DNA of 64,000 nt from a virus (IMGVR_UViG_3300043579_000163:8819-72818); one strand, 5' to 3'; shown: positions 17,856-26,467, numbered from the stretch's first letter. Notes: generated by a model from the sequence alone, not told the origin. Numbers and translations are program-made.

Positions 17856-18209
17856 TCAAGTATTCGCGGGCTGCCTGATGGGCCTTGTGGGTTCGGTCTC
17901 GGCTTCAATCTCAGACTCGCGCTCCAGCTCCGCCTGTTTCTCCGCGTCTTCCGCAACCCGTAGGCGGCGCTCCAACTCGTCTTTTCCGAGAATCTCCTCA
18001 AGGGTTTTGGCTTTCATGGGTGAATGTGCCCCCTCGGCCTCTTCAACCGCCCGGGTGACCCGAAAGGCCTTGGACAGGCTGTCCTGCATGATGCCGGCCC
18101 GGCACGGGTCAAGCCGGTCTTGAATCTTGACGCTGTCGGCGGCGCATCTGGCGAACCAAGCGGCGTCCCCGGGATTGGCGAAGTAAAGGGTGACGGTGTG
18201 GGTGTTCAT
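17856..18209 (-). CDS. Hypothetical protein (from MNTHT)
   Basis: Coding-strand ORF with acidic coiled C-terminus. Confidence 0.55.
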   Translation of the reverse strand: MNTHTVTLYFANPGDAAWFARCAADSVKIQDRLDPCRAGIMQDSLSKAFRVTRAVEEAEGAHSPMKAKTLEEILGKDELERRLRVAEDAEKQAELERESEIEAETEPTRPIRQPANT

Positions 18210-18214
18210 GGGAT

Positions 18215-18493
18215 TCAGGAGATGACGAAAAACTTGGAGTCCGCGGGAAACAACGTGAGCCGGGAGGCCCACTCAGCACGGGGCACGACGGCATGACGCA
18301 CGGGACACACGGGTTTGAAGCAGCCGATGGGGGCCAAGCTAAGATACCTGACCCGAAGGAAATCGCTGGCGACCTCAACCACGGTCGCGCTATAGCTGTC
18401 TCCGTTAAGGTCCTTGAACACAACAGATGCCCCGATGTCCTTCTTAGTGAACTGGTGTTTTCTCATGCCGACAACATACCACCGCGCCGGCAC
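18215..18493 (-). CDS. Hypothetical protein (SH3/KOW-like beta pattern)
   Basis: IGASVVFKDLNGDSYSATVVEV. Confidence 0.5.
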   Translation of the reverse strand: MPARWYVVGMRKHQFTKKDIGASVVFKDLNGDSYSATVVEVASDFLRVRYLSLAPIGCFKPVCPVRHAVVPRAEWASRLTLFPADSKFFVIS

Positions 18494-18510
18494 AGGGCAA
18501 GTCCGTATTT

Positions 18511-18681
18511 CTACGGTTTGTCGGACCCGGGCGCTACGGTATCGTCCAGCATTTCCTCTAGGCGCTTCGCAATGTCGCGCTGCACCTCACCGCTGGTGTT
18601 TTCCCACAGGGAGTCGAAGCCCGGCAAATCGTGGAAAAGCTTTGCGATTATTTTCTTGGCGAGCCTCTTTGATTCGCTCAC
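18511..18681 (-). CDS. Hypothetical protein (56 aa, not in ORF track)
   Basis: GTG start coupled to a 27 aa hydrophobic peptide ORF (18678-18761). Confidence 0.5.
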   Translation of the reverse strand: MSESKRLAKKIIAKLFHDLPGFDSLWENTSGEVQRDIAKRLEEMLDDTVAPGSDKP

Positions 18682-18861
18682 AGCAGTCCGTTCTCTTCGA
18701 GATATTTTTTGATGAGCAGCACGAGGGCCAGTATTAGAAGAAGTGTTATCCAGTTCATCATTGTATGATTTTGTTAAGGAGATAAAGGAAAAGGAAGATT
18801 AGAATAACTACTGATAACCAATCAGGCAGTGTTCCCCGTGGTGAACGAGTGTGCGCCCAGC

Positions 18862-19074
18862 TCATTGTTTTTTCAACTTGAGGTCGGCGTTCCAATATAC
18901 GCGCCCAACCTCGGTGCATTCTTTGTTTTCACACCACAGCGCGCAGTCTCCATCCCACCAAATACCTTCCTTGCATTTGGCGCACAGAACCTTTTTCAAC
19001 TGCCTGGCTCGGGGCTCGACATCTTCGTCGAGTCCCTTCGGTGGCTGTGGTTGAAAGGGTCCCTCGGAACTCAT
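18862..19074 (-). CDS. Small zinc-finger-like protein
   Basis: CAKC...CENKEC. Confidence 0.55.
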   Translation of the reverse strand: MSSEGPFQPQPPKGLDEDVEPRARQLKKVLCAKCKEGIWWDGDCALWCENKECTEVGRVYWNADLKLKKQ

Positions 19075-19208
19075 TTCCGTTTCAGGTCCACCAGAAGCTC
19101 GATAAGCGAACGTATGCGGGTCTCGACGGAGAGGACCCAGAAACCCCCTGCGGAAAAACCCAAGAGGATTATGGCCGCTTGTAGTATTTGTTCGATTGTC
19201 TCAGTCAT
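19071..19208 (-). CDS. Small membrane protein (45 aa, not in ORF track)
   Basis: MTETIEQILQAAIILLGFSAGGFWVLSVE...; coupled to neighbours. Confidence 0.5.
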   Translation of the reverse strand: MTETIEQILQAAIILLGFSAGGFWVLSVETRIRSLIELLVDLKRK

Positions 19209-19209
19209 A

Positions 19210-19392
19210 TTACGAGTATTTTTTGATGAGCTTGTTGCCCATCTTCACGAATTTCACCCCACCTGTGAATTTGATTTTGCTGAAATGCTTGACGTAAGCG
19301 CTTCGGTTGGTGGTGCGGTCCGCGCTTCCTTTCCCAGGTCCACTGACCCCGAAGTCGCGACTGTTTCCCTTTGCTCCAGTTTTGTATGCCAT
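19210..19392 (-). CDS. Small basic hypothetical protein
   Basis: GKGSADR..N..AY...F..I.F pattern. Confidence 0.6.
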   Translation of the reverse strand: MAYKTGAKGNSRDFGVSGPGKGSADRTTNRSAYVKHFSKIKFTGGVKFVKMGNKLIKKYS

Positions 19393-19466
19393 AAATTATT
19401 TCGGTCTCCGTTCGTTGAACCAGTCCTGACCACGCCTCACAAAGTTTTTCTCGATGGGCTTCATGT

Positions 19467-19733
19467 TTACAAATTGGATAGGGTGACCTTTTCCTCGGGT
19501 CGCATCTGTCTCCAGACACCCGGAGCCTTACAGCTCGTTAACGAGCCGCTGAACTCACCAACTTTCCACACATCACCCGGCCCAGCGCGAAGCACGATGC
19601 CCATGGATTCGGACAGGAAAAGGAACACCAATTCTCCCCGGATATGGCCTGGGCCACTATATTCCATCAGGACGGGGTAGGTAATAGGGGTTTCAGATGT
19701 GGGTGGTGGTGGCGAAAAGACTTCAATTTTCAT
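19467..19733 (-). CDS. Hypothetical protein
   Basis: 88 aa ORF immediately after a promoter. Confidence 0.6.
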   Translation of the reverse strand: MKIEVFSPPPPTSETPITYPVLMEYSGPGHIRGELVFLFLSESMGIVLRAGPGDVWKVGEFSGSLTSCKAPGVWRQMRPEEKVTLSNL

Positions 19734-19740
19734 AATTTTG

Positions 19741-19770
19741 AATTTACAGCAGGTGATGGGTTAATGTCAA
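19741..19770 (-). promoter_or_regulatory. Sigma70-type promoter
   Basis: TTGACA-N18-TAAATT, 7 nt before ATG 19733. Confidence 0.6.
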
Positions 19771-19782
19771 CTCTGTAGACCT

Positions 19783-20259
19783 TCACTTCTTGGGAAGAAC
19801 AACGGGAGAAAAAACCGCCGCCGCCCCACCCGCTGCTTCACCCGCTAATCTGGCGGTTTCCATCTCCTTCTGGCACTTGAAAAGGAAGTTCACCCCGTCG
19901 CACAGCATCTGGGCAACCTCCGCCTGACGGCACGTTGCAAAAAAGCCGGGCTTCGGTTCCTTGGTCGCGTCCCCTTCCAGGTTCACGCAGACCACAAAGA
20001 TGCCGGGCCGCGTTGGGTTGGTGACCCACTCGCAGATGAGCCCACTCACAGGGAACGGGTAAAAGCGTTGCTGCTTCGCTTCCTGATGCAACTGTTCCTC
20101 ACTCACTTCCTTCTCAGGCTGCTTGGAATAATCAGCGCCTTGCACCACGACCTTGTTGGAGGCGTGCTGCTTGAACTGGTTCTTGATGTTCTCGATGTTG
20201 CTCGCGGTGGGCAACAGAGGGCGCGTAGTTCTACGTTTTGGTGGTGTGGGTTTTTTCAT
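19783..20259 (-). CDS. Hypothetical protein
   Basis: 158 aa ORF. Confidence 0.65.
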   Translation of the reverse strand: MKKPTPPKRRTTRPLLPTASNIENIKNQFKQHASNKVVVQGADYSKQPEKEVSEEQLHQEAKQQRFYPFPVSGLICEWVTNPTRPGIFVVCVNLEGDATKEPKPGFFATCRQAEVAQMLCDGVNFLFKCQKEMETARLAGEAAGGAAAVFSPVVLPKK

Positions 20260-20261
20260 AG

Positions 20262-20432
20262 TTAAAACTTTCCGAGCTTGATGCGCCGGATTTCGGTTTT
20301 GATTTTGGCAATGGCGCGCTGACGCGCTCGGACGTTGAGGTGTGAGGTCCTGATGTATTCCTTCATCTCGGCGATGCGCTTGTCCAGCAGGATTTGCTTG
20401 TTGGTCCAGGGTTGCTTGGGTGTGGTGGGCAT
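20262..20432 (-). CDS. Small basic protein (56 aa, not in ORF track)
   Basis: MPTTPKQPWTNKQILLDKRIAEMKEYIR... Confidence 0.55.
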   Translation of the reverse strand: MPTTPKQPWTNKQILLDKRIAEMKEYIRTSHLNVRARQRAIAKIKTEIRRIKLGKF

Positions 20433-20434
20433 AG

Positions 20435-21463
20435 CTATGACACGTTGGATTGGTAGTGCATCGGTGTGCCGCTATCGCTGTCGGGGATAGCCGGCGGACG
20501 GCTGTTGGTTAACGTGTTCAGGGCGGACTCGAGTTGCGCCTGCTCTTTATCCATGTCTTGCAGAAGTCCAGATATACTGGAATGCGCCTGTATGCCTGAC
20601 TGAATCACGGTGTTCAGGCCCATCACACGGCCAGCAAACTTGCCGGCGAGACACTCAGGCTTGCGTGCGTCACGAATGCTGGTGTAATACTTGAGCAGGG
20701 TTTTCAGGCGATCCTCCATCCCCCGTGTGTTCGCCTCGAATTGCTCCAGCTCTCGCTGTGCTGCTCGCACCTGTTGCACCCATACGAAAAGGGCGCGACT
20801 GGGTAGCTTCTTTGCGGCCTTCTCCCACTCATCCAGGTCCAGCTCGGGCTTGTGTGCATCACGATGTTGCAGCAGCTTGGCCTGATGCTCATTGATGAAG
20901 TCCACCAGCTCGTGTGTCCACCGTGATTCATCCTCCAGCTCGGCAAGCGGGTCTCTCTGTGCGAAATGCGCCGCTTCAATAAAGGCCTCGTAGGTCCCGT
21001 GTGACCAGGGAATTTCGAGGAAATACTTCCTTCGGAGGACCAGCTTCCAAAAATCACATTCAACAGCCGCCTCCGCCTTGTCCTTGAATCCAGTGGCCAG
21101 TGGAAAACGCCGCTTGGTGTTCGAGTCCTCACTCAGCTTGACCCTCATGCGCGTGTCGCTCGGGTCTTGCGGCGTGTAGCCGTAGCAGTCCGCGTTGAAC
21201 ACACCGACGGGACGACCGAACACGCTCGGGTCCTTGAACACATCGGAGCTGACGGAAAAGCGGAAGTGGTGTGGTGTGTTGCCAACCGCGACGGAGTAGT
21301 AAACGTGACGGAACTGTGAGGATACCGGCAGGTCTCGAGAGTTGAGTTTACTTTGCACGTCCCAAATATATGTGACCGAGGTGCTCCACGTCAACTTATG
21401 GAGACAGTTAATTCCGGAGAGGGCGGCATCGCACTTAACCTCCGCGAGGCAGGGTAGGGACAT
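20435..21463 (-). CDS. Hypothetical protein with C-terminal coiled coil; first gene of left arm
   Basis: 342 aa ORF; start codon lies inside the inverted repeat. Confidence 0.7.
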   Translation of the reverse strand: MSLPCLAEVKCDAALSGINCLHKLTWSTSVTYIWDVQSKLNSRDLPVSSQFRHVYYSVAVGNTPHHFRFSVSSDVFKDPSVFGRPVGVFNADCYGYTPQDPSDTRMRVKLSEDSNTKRRFPLATGFKDKAEAAVECDFWKLVLRRKYFLEIPWSHGTYEAFIEAAHFAQRDPLAELEDESRWTHELVDFINEHQAKLLQHRDAHKPELDLDEWEKAAKKLPSRALFVWVQQVRAAQRELEQFEANTRGMEDRLKTLLKYYTSIRDARKPECLAGKFAGRVMGLNTVIQSGIQAHSSISGLLQDMDKEQAQLESALNTLTNSRPPAIPDSDSGTPMHYQSNVS

Positions 21464-21569
21464 AAGAACGACGTCAGTAAACAGTCTTTATTTTTCTATA
21501 TACATACTATACGCTATTGTGACTAAAATATAATACATACAGGTAGAAGAGTGACGTGGTTCTTATGTC
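21459..21569. repeat. 18 bp inverted repeat (17/18) flanking a 75 bp AT-rich spacer at the strand switch
   Basis: GACATAAGAACGACGTCA at 21459-21476 vs reverse complement GACATAAGAACCACGTCA of 21552-21569. Confidence 0.9.
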
Positions 21570-21670
21570 TCACCCCTCGGTTTTGGCGCCTGGACTCTCG
21601 GACCCCAGGACATACGGGACGGTAGTTGAGGCTTGCGCCCTTTTAATTTTGGACAGCGAAAAGTTGGGCG

Positions 21671-21701
21671 TTGACATAAGTCCAGGATAGAGACCCTCTT
21701 G
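21671..21701 (+). promoter_or_regulatory. Class II promoter candidate opening the right arm
   Basis: TTGACA-N17-CCCTCTTG, 5 nt before GTG 21707. Confidence 0.55.
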
Positions 21702-21706
21702 AGATA

Positions 21707-21895
21707 GTGAACGAACCGACATCAGGTCCTCAAGACATACCGGAGGACCACGAGGCGAACCTCTTCAGCGGTGCCAGCGAGAAGGCCAAGCAGCTTTTCA
21801 CCGAGTCGAAGCGCGTGAGACGTGCCGCCGAGCGCCGGCTGTGGTGGCAACAGAACAAACCGAAGGGGCCACCACCCGAAGGAGAGTCGCAGTGA
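21707..21895 (+). CDS. Hypothetical protein
   Basis: 62 aa ORF, GTGA overlap with next gene. Confidence 0.55.
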   Translation: MNEPTSGPQDIPEDHEANLFSGASEKAKQLFTESKRVRRAAERRLWWQQNKPKGPPPEGESQ

Positions 21896-22551
21896 GCCGC
21901 ATCATCGACAAGAACAAGGTGGACGTGAGTCAGTGTTTCCTGGCCTTCATGACCTTCGTTGGTGACGTGGACCGGACAGCGGCTGCACTGGACCTCGAGC
22001 CCAAGCAGGTGCGAGAGCTTGCGGAAGCCGAGGGCTGGGCCGACAAGCTGCGGCGCGTGTCGCTGATGTCCAAGAGTGGCCGGCCCGGCGACTTCGAACG
22101 CGCGACCAACAGGGCCCTGTGCTTCGTGCAGGCTCAGTGCATCCGACAGCAGCTCAACAGGCTGCTGACCGAGGTGACCAACATGAGTGTTGAGGACCTG
22201 ATGAGCCGGGCAAGCGTGCGGACCAGAGACGGAGCAATGCAGTTGAGCGCCAAGTTTTTCGTGGATATGACAGGAGCCGCAGAGGCCTGTCACCGTATGT
22301 CTTACATCGCATTGGGCGACACCATCACCGAACGGACCGAGTCTGAAGGCGGAAGCGGCAAGGGCCCGAACACCAATGACCTGCACTCGGCCATCATCGC
22401 GCACCTATCAGACCCATCACAGCAGCTTGGACCAGTCACCGATAAGCTTGTGGCTGAGGCGAATGAAGAAGTTCAGAGGCGCAATGCCGTAACTCCACAC
22501 TTCGCGGACTCAGTAGAAGCACCTACCGAGGCAGAAGCTGCCGAGCAGTGA
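21892..22551 (+). CDS. Putative terminase small subunit / HTH DNA-binding protein
   Basis: HTH-like GDVDRTAAALDLEPKQVRELAEAEGW, helical body, disordered acidic tail; GTG start after GAAGGAG. Confidence 0.45.
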   Translation: MSRIIDKNKVDVSQCFLAFMTFVGDVDRTAAALDLEPKQVRELAEAEGWADKLRRVSLMSKSGRPGDFERATNRALCFVQAQCIRQQLNRLLTEVTNMSVEDLMSRASVRTRDGAMQLSAKFFVDMTGAAEACHRMSYIALGDTITERTESEGGSGKGPNTNDLHSAIIAHLSDPSQQLGPVTDKLVAEANEEVQRRNAVTPHFADSVEAPTEAEAAEQ

Positions 22552-22863
22552 GCGAGCATCGAGCGCGTGAAAATCACGCATCGGCTGGTCCAGCGACCCA
22601 ATTGAGGCGTGAAAGTTGGGTATTAGTTCCCAGTCCAGTTCGTCCCGAAGACAGTGAGTCTGCAGGTCCTTGAGACATACGGACTTATCCGTTCAAAAGA
22701 AAGCCCACACTCCGAACGCAAGACCTCGAGGCCAACTGGGCAAGGATTTCCGAGTAGAAAACGACCCCCCACCCACGGGGACATACCGGGGGGCGAAGCT
22801 CGCTCAGCGGTCAGACGGCTAAAAAATCTTCCCTCTATGTGACCTAAGAGCCCGTTTTTCTCA

Positions 22864-22895
22864 TTGACAAGAAGGCAGAGCGCCACACCCTCTTG
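22864..22895 (+). promoter_or_regulatory. Class II promoter candidate
   Basis: TTGACA-N18-CCCTCTTG before ATG 22898. Confidence 0.45.
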
Positions 22896-22897
22896 CC

Positions 22898-23479
22898 ATG
22901 CGAAAAAACTCGTTCAGGGTAGTCCGGGACACCCCGGAGAAGCTCGGCATGACCCAGGAGCAGTGGGACAGCCCGGCGGAGGTCCAGAAGCGCCACGACC
23001 GTTGGAACGCGCGTCGACAGGCCCGGATGTTTCAGAGGTCCAAGGCCGCTGCTGCCGGCATGACTTGGGAGCAGTGGCAAGAACACAAAAAAGTCCTGCG
23101 TGAAATGCCTAAGTCCTCGCACGCGGAATACCTCCGGTCCTACCGCGCCACTCCGCGGGGTAAAGCCGTGTTCGACCGGGCCGCGAAGAAAGCAATGGAA
23201 AAAAATCGGCGGGAGTATTCCCTCTTGAAGGCGGGGCAGCCCTGTCAAGACTGCGGCGGGTGTTTTCATTCCCATGCTATGGAGTGGGACCACCGGGACG
23301 GGGAAATAAAGTCCTTCAGCATTTCCTACATGGGGCGAGAAGGGCGGGTTGGGAGAGAACTTCTCGCCATAGAGATTGCAAAGTGCGACCTCGTGTGCTC
23401 TAACTGCCACCGCGCCCGAACGGCGCGCAGACGCCAGGGCTTGCCGGCGGTGCTACCGGCCCCCGAATACGAAATCTGA
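22898..23479 (+). CDS. HNH homing endonuclease
   Basis: CQDCG..MEWDH...KCDLVCSNCH. Confidence 0.85.
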   Translation: MRKNSFRVVRDTPEKLGMTQEQWDSPAEVQKRHDRWNARRQARMFQRSKAAAAGMTWEQWQEHKKVLREMPKSSHAEYLRSYRATPRGKAVFDRAAKKAMEKNRREYSLLKAGQPCQDCGGCFHSHAMEWDHRDGEIKSFSISYMGREGRVGRELLAIEIAKCDLVCSNCHRARTARRRQGLPAVLPAPEYEI

Positions 23480-23489
23480 CGCGGCCCCC

Positions 23490-23517
23490 TTGACACCCGG
23501 CGCCGGCATGGCACATT
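23490..23517 (+). promoter_or_regulatory. Class I promoter (leaderless)
   Basis: TTGACA-N16-CACATT with TG extension; 6 nt to ATG 23524. Confidence 0.6.
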
Positions 23518-23523
23518 GCCGGC

Positions 23524-23721
23524 ATGATTATCTATCAACTCAAGCACCCTAACCGGACCTGGGTATGCTCCTGGGGCCCCTGTGTCCTGGGAGAGACCCC
23601 CTCCCACTCGCAGTGGCAGCGTCTTTCCTCGCGCCGGGAAGCGAGGCAGTTCGCGCGCTGCATGAGAAACAACGGCATGGACATACAGCGCGCCATAAGG
23701 GAATACTGTTGCTTCCCTTGA
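23524..23721 (+). CDS. Hypothetical protein
   Basis: 65 aa ORF between two promoters. Confidence 0.55.
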   Translation: MIIYQLKHPNRTWVCSWGPCVLGETPSHSQWQRLSSRREARQFARCMRNNGMDIQRAIREYCCFP

Positions 23722-23746
23722 CATCCCGAAGCCCCTATGCCACATT
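23718..23746 (+). promoter_or_regulatory. Class I promoter (leaderless)
   Basis: TTGACA-N17-CACATT with TG extension; 6 nt to ATG 23753; TGA is upstream stop. Confidence 0.65.
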
Positions 23747-23752
23747 GCCCCC

Positions 23753-24592
23753 ATGAATATCACTGAACCAATCGTCAGAAAGCTTATCGAAACCGTCGAT
23801 GCCGGCTTGTGCCGCGGTATCGGAAAACCCAACCCTGGTGAAATGTGCGTGGAGGCTGCGGTGTGCTACGCTCTCGGTCTGCCGCACGGTGACAACCCGG
23901 GCTGCGTAGCGGAATCGGTGCGTCGCGCAAAGATTCGACTAAATGACGCCCCCTGGTCTAGCCCCCGGGCCCGGGCGGCGGGACTGCGTGCAGTTGCCGT
24001 TGCCCAACTGGGAAGCAAGGGCGTTATCGACGCACGGCGTTTTTGTGCCGTGTATGCCGAACTCACCATTCGCCGGGTGGTCCCGATAGCGCTACGGGCA
24101 GCGGGTCTCCCGGACTATGCCCTGCGCTGCGAGACCGAAGGCACCCAAGACTCCGCAGCCGCCGCCGCCTACGCCGCCTCCGCTGCCGCCTCCGCCGACG
24201 CCTACGCCGCCTCCTCCGCCGCCGCCTACGCCGCCTCCGCTGCCGCCTCCTCCGCCGACTGCGCCTACGCCTCCTCCTACGCCGCCTACGCCGCCGCCTA
24301 CGCCGCCGCCGACTGCGCCTACGCCGACTGCGCCGCCTACGCCGACTGCGCCGCCTACGCCTCCTCCTACGCCGCCTACGCCGCCTGCGCCTCCTCCCCC
24401 GTTGCCAACGCCTCCTCCGCCGCCTCCGCCCACGCCGCCCACGCCGCCCACGCCGCCTTCTCCGACACGGATGCCCTTCTCACCATCGCCGCGGAATGCA
24501 TGCTTGAGGCCCTCAAGGCAGTTGAGTCCCCTGGCTGCAAATTCCTACACCTGCTTGACACCCCCAAAAACTGTGGCACCTTACCAGTATGA
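23753..24592 (+). CDS. Hypothetical protein with ~100 aa Ala-rich low-complexity insert
   Basis: Globular N-terminus (MCVEAAVCYALGLPHGDNPGCV, RLNDAPW) then Ala/Tyr/Ser/Asp/Cys repeats. Confidence 0.75.
   Translation: MNITEPIVRKLIETVDAGLCRGIGKPNPGEMCVEAAVCYALGLPHGDNPGCVAESVRRAKIRLNDAPWSSPRARAAGLRAVAVAQLGSKGVIDARRFCAVYAELTIRRVVPIALRAAGLPDYALRCETEGTQDSAAAAAYAASAAASADAYAASSAAAYAASAAASSADCAYASSYAAYAAAYAAADCAYADCAAYADCAAYASSYAAYAACASSPVANASSAASAHAAHAAHAAFSDTDALLTIAAECMLEALKAVESPGCKFLHLLDTPKNCGTLPV
24155..24457 (+). repeat. Degenerate GCC-rich coding microsatellite
   Basis: Near-exclusive NNC codons (gcc, tac, tcc, gac, tgc, cac) with internal duplications. Confidence 0.9.
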
Positions 24593-24769
24593 TTGATTAC
24601 GCCGCCTTGAACTGCTGGGACCAAGCCAGCCCCCCGGCCATGGGGGCTCCACTCACCTGGAGCCTGGGACCAGTGCGTGCCCTGCCCTTGCCGCCTGCGC
24701 CTACGCCCACGCATGACATTCTCTGCAATATTGTGAACACTTGTGAACACTGCCCTGGTGTGCTGACGT

Positions 24770-24952
24770 ATGATAACCATTGAACGAACAGACACCTTCA
24801 TCGCCGGCACCACGATGTTCCGGGTGACCCCAGGTCCTTGGCTCCGCAAACGCGGAGTGATTTTCGGGCCATGGTGCCACTCGCGCCGAACCGCCGTGCT
24901 GATGTGGATTGCGAACGTGTCCGACTGCCACGATTTTCACCCGGGCCTATGA
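24770..24952 (+). CDS. Hypothetical protein
   Basis: 60 aa ORF, ATGA coupled to recombinase. Confidence 0.45.
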   Translation: MITIERTDTFIAGTTMFRVTPGPWLRKRGVIFGPWCHSRRTAVLMWIANVSDCHDFHPGL

Positions 24953-25662
24953 AAGTTTTCGCCTACCTGCGGGTCAGCACCTCAGCGCAACTCGACGGAG
25001 GGGGGTTCGAACGCCAGCTCGACACCATTAAGGTTCTCTGTGCTGCGCGTGGGTGGACTATCGCGCGCACCTTCAGGGACCAGCAGAGTGGATGCACTGA
25101 GTTCGATGACCGCTCGGGACTGCATGAAATTCTGTCCCTGGCCGGAGAGGGCAGCGCGCTTGGGATTGATACCGTCATCGTGGAGAACGCTTCTCGCGTG
25201 GCGCGTGACCTGATGGTGCAGGAGATTTTTCTGTGCGAATGCCGCAAGAGGGGCATCAAGGTTTACGCGGCGGACTGTGGCGAGGAGCTGGTCATGGACG
25301 GCGCAGACCCCTCGCGCGTGATGATTCGCCAAATTTTGGGCGCGGTGTCACAGTATGAAAAGGCCATGACTGTCCTGAAGCTCCAAGCGGGACGGCGCAA
25401 GAAGGCCCGTGAAACGGGCAGGCCTTGCGGGGGCCCCAAACAATACGGGACCACCGCAGGTGAACGCGCAATTCTCACCGACATTAAGATGCGCCGACGC
25501 CAGGGTAAAACCTTTCAGGAGATTGCCAACGAGATGCGTGAAATTGGGTATCCCGCGCCCCGTGGCGGATATTGGCACCGCTCCACGGTCTGGACAATAC
25601 TGACTCGGGATGCGGAACGGAAAGCGGCGCAGAACCGATTTGACCAAGACAACGACCAATGA
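24949..25662 (+). CDS. Serine recombinase (resolvase domain + short recombinase-like DNA-binding domain)
   Basis: YLRVSTSAQ catalytic Ser, DQQSG, SRVARD, GRPCGG, C-terminal FQEIANEMREIGY..PRGGYWHRSTV. Confidence 0.9.
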   Translation: MKVFAYLRVSTSAQLDGGGFERQLDTIKVLCAARGWTIARTFRDQQSGCTEFDDRSGLHEILSLAGEGSALGIDTVIVENASRVARDLMVQEIFLCECRKRGIKVYAADCGEELVMDGADPSRVMIRQILGAVSQYEKAMTVLKLQAGRRKKARETGRPCGGPKQYGTTAGERAILTDIKMRRRQGKTFQEIANEMREIGYPAPRGGYWHRSTVWTILTRDAERKAAQNRFDQDNDQ

Positions 25663-25880
25663 ACGAGATTTTTAGCATGGCACCAACGCGCCTCGACGAA
25701 CGCCCTCGCAAAATTATTTTGCGGAATGCGATGTATTTGCTCAAGGCCAAATACCGTCGGTATCCCGCCCGGGTTTTGGTCGCAGCCCTCACCGGGTTCG
25801 GCTGCACCAACTCAATAGAAGTTTGTCTGGAACTTGGCATTGACCCGGACCAACCCTTCAAAGAGTTCTCAAGAGAGTGA
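25659..25880 (+). CDS. Hypothetical protein
   Basis: 73 aa ORF coupled to recombinase. Confidence 0.55.
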   Translation: MNEIFSMAPTRLDERPRKIILRNAMYLLKAKYRRYPARVLVAALTGFGCTNSIEVCLELGIDPDQPFKEFSRE

Positions 25881-25884
25881 AAAA

Positions 25885-26238
25885 TTGAAAAATAGGGACA
25901 AACAGCTCTGGGCCTATGTATGCACGGTGTTAGACAACACCGCGACACGTTTTGGGTTCCCGCTCCCAGACATCCGGCCCATCAAGAAGAAGTGGGGCGG
26001 AAACTATGTGGGCTCTTGCTCGAAGCGCAATGTTCTCCGCATCGCCCTTCGCGATTGCGACGGAAAGTTGGTGGAGCCTTATCAGCTCATAGACACGATA
26101 GCGCACGAACTTGCTCATCTTCGTTCGCAGAAGCACGGGGCACTGTGGTTCCACTGCCACATCCTGGTTTTGACGCATCTCTCGAACGTCGGGGTCTACG
26201 AGGACCTTCGACGAATTATGAAAGGCAAGACCACATGA
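25885..26238 (+). CDS. SprT/WLM-like zinc metallopeptidase
   Basis: IALR...TIAHELAH...HGALWF; probable TTG start. Confidence 0.75.
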   Translation: MKNRDKQLWAYVCTVLDNTATRFGFPLPDIRPIKKKWGGNYVGSCSKRNVLRIALRDCDGKLVEPYQLIDTIAHELAHLRSQKHGALWFHCHILVLTHLSNVGVYEDLRRIMKGKTT

Positions 26239-26462
26239 AAAAAGACACCGCCCAACAAATCGAGCGAGAGTTCGACCGAATGTGCCGGACAAATCACCTG
26301 TTCAAGGAATACGTGGCCCTGCACCCTGACAGCTCGATGGATGAGCTATTGGCCGGCTGGGCGTGGGTTCAGAAGCTGATGGAAAAAGTTATCCAGCGCA
26401 CCATTCGGGACTTGACGGGACCTCCGCCACCGCCTAAGTTGAGTCTGCAAAGAGACAGATAA
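26235..26462 (+). CDS. Hypothetical protein (from MKKDTA)
   Basis: ATGA overlap with peptidase stop. Confidence 0.55.
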   Translation: MKKDTAQQIEREFDRMCRTNHLFKEYVALHPDSSMDELLAGWAWVQKLMEKVIQRTIRDLTGPPPPPKLSLQRDR

Positions 26463-26467
26463 ACCCT

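Noticed and set aside
16945-19680. Long plus-strand ORFs (16945-17799, 18829-19680)
   Set aside because: Antisense to several well-packed minus-strand genes with promoters; no recognisable domains
24043-24596. Extensin-like poly-Pro, poly-Arg and antisense poly-Gly ORFs
   Set aside because: Alternative frames of the GCC-rich repeat; only the Ala frame has a promoter, start and globular flanks
24949-25662. Large serine integrase or IS607 transposon
   Set aside because: Too short, lacks the zinc ribbon; no N-terminal MerR HTH or adjacent TnpB; no att sites identified
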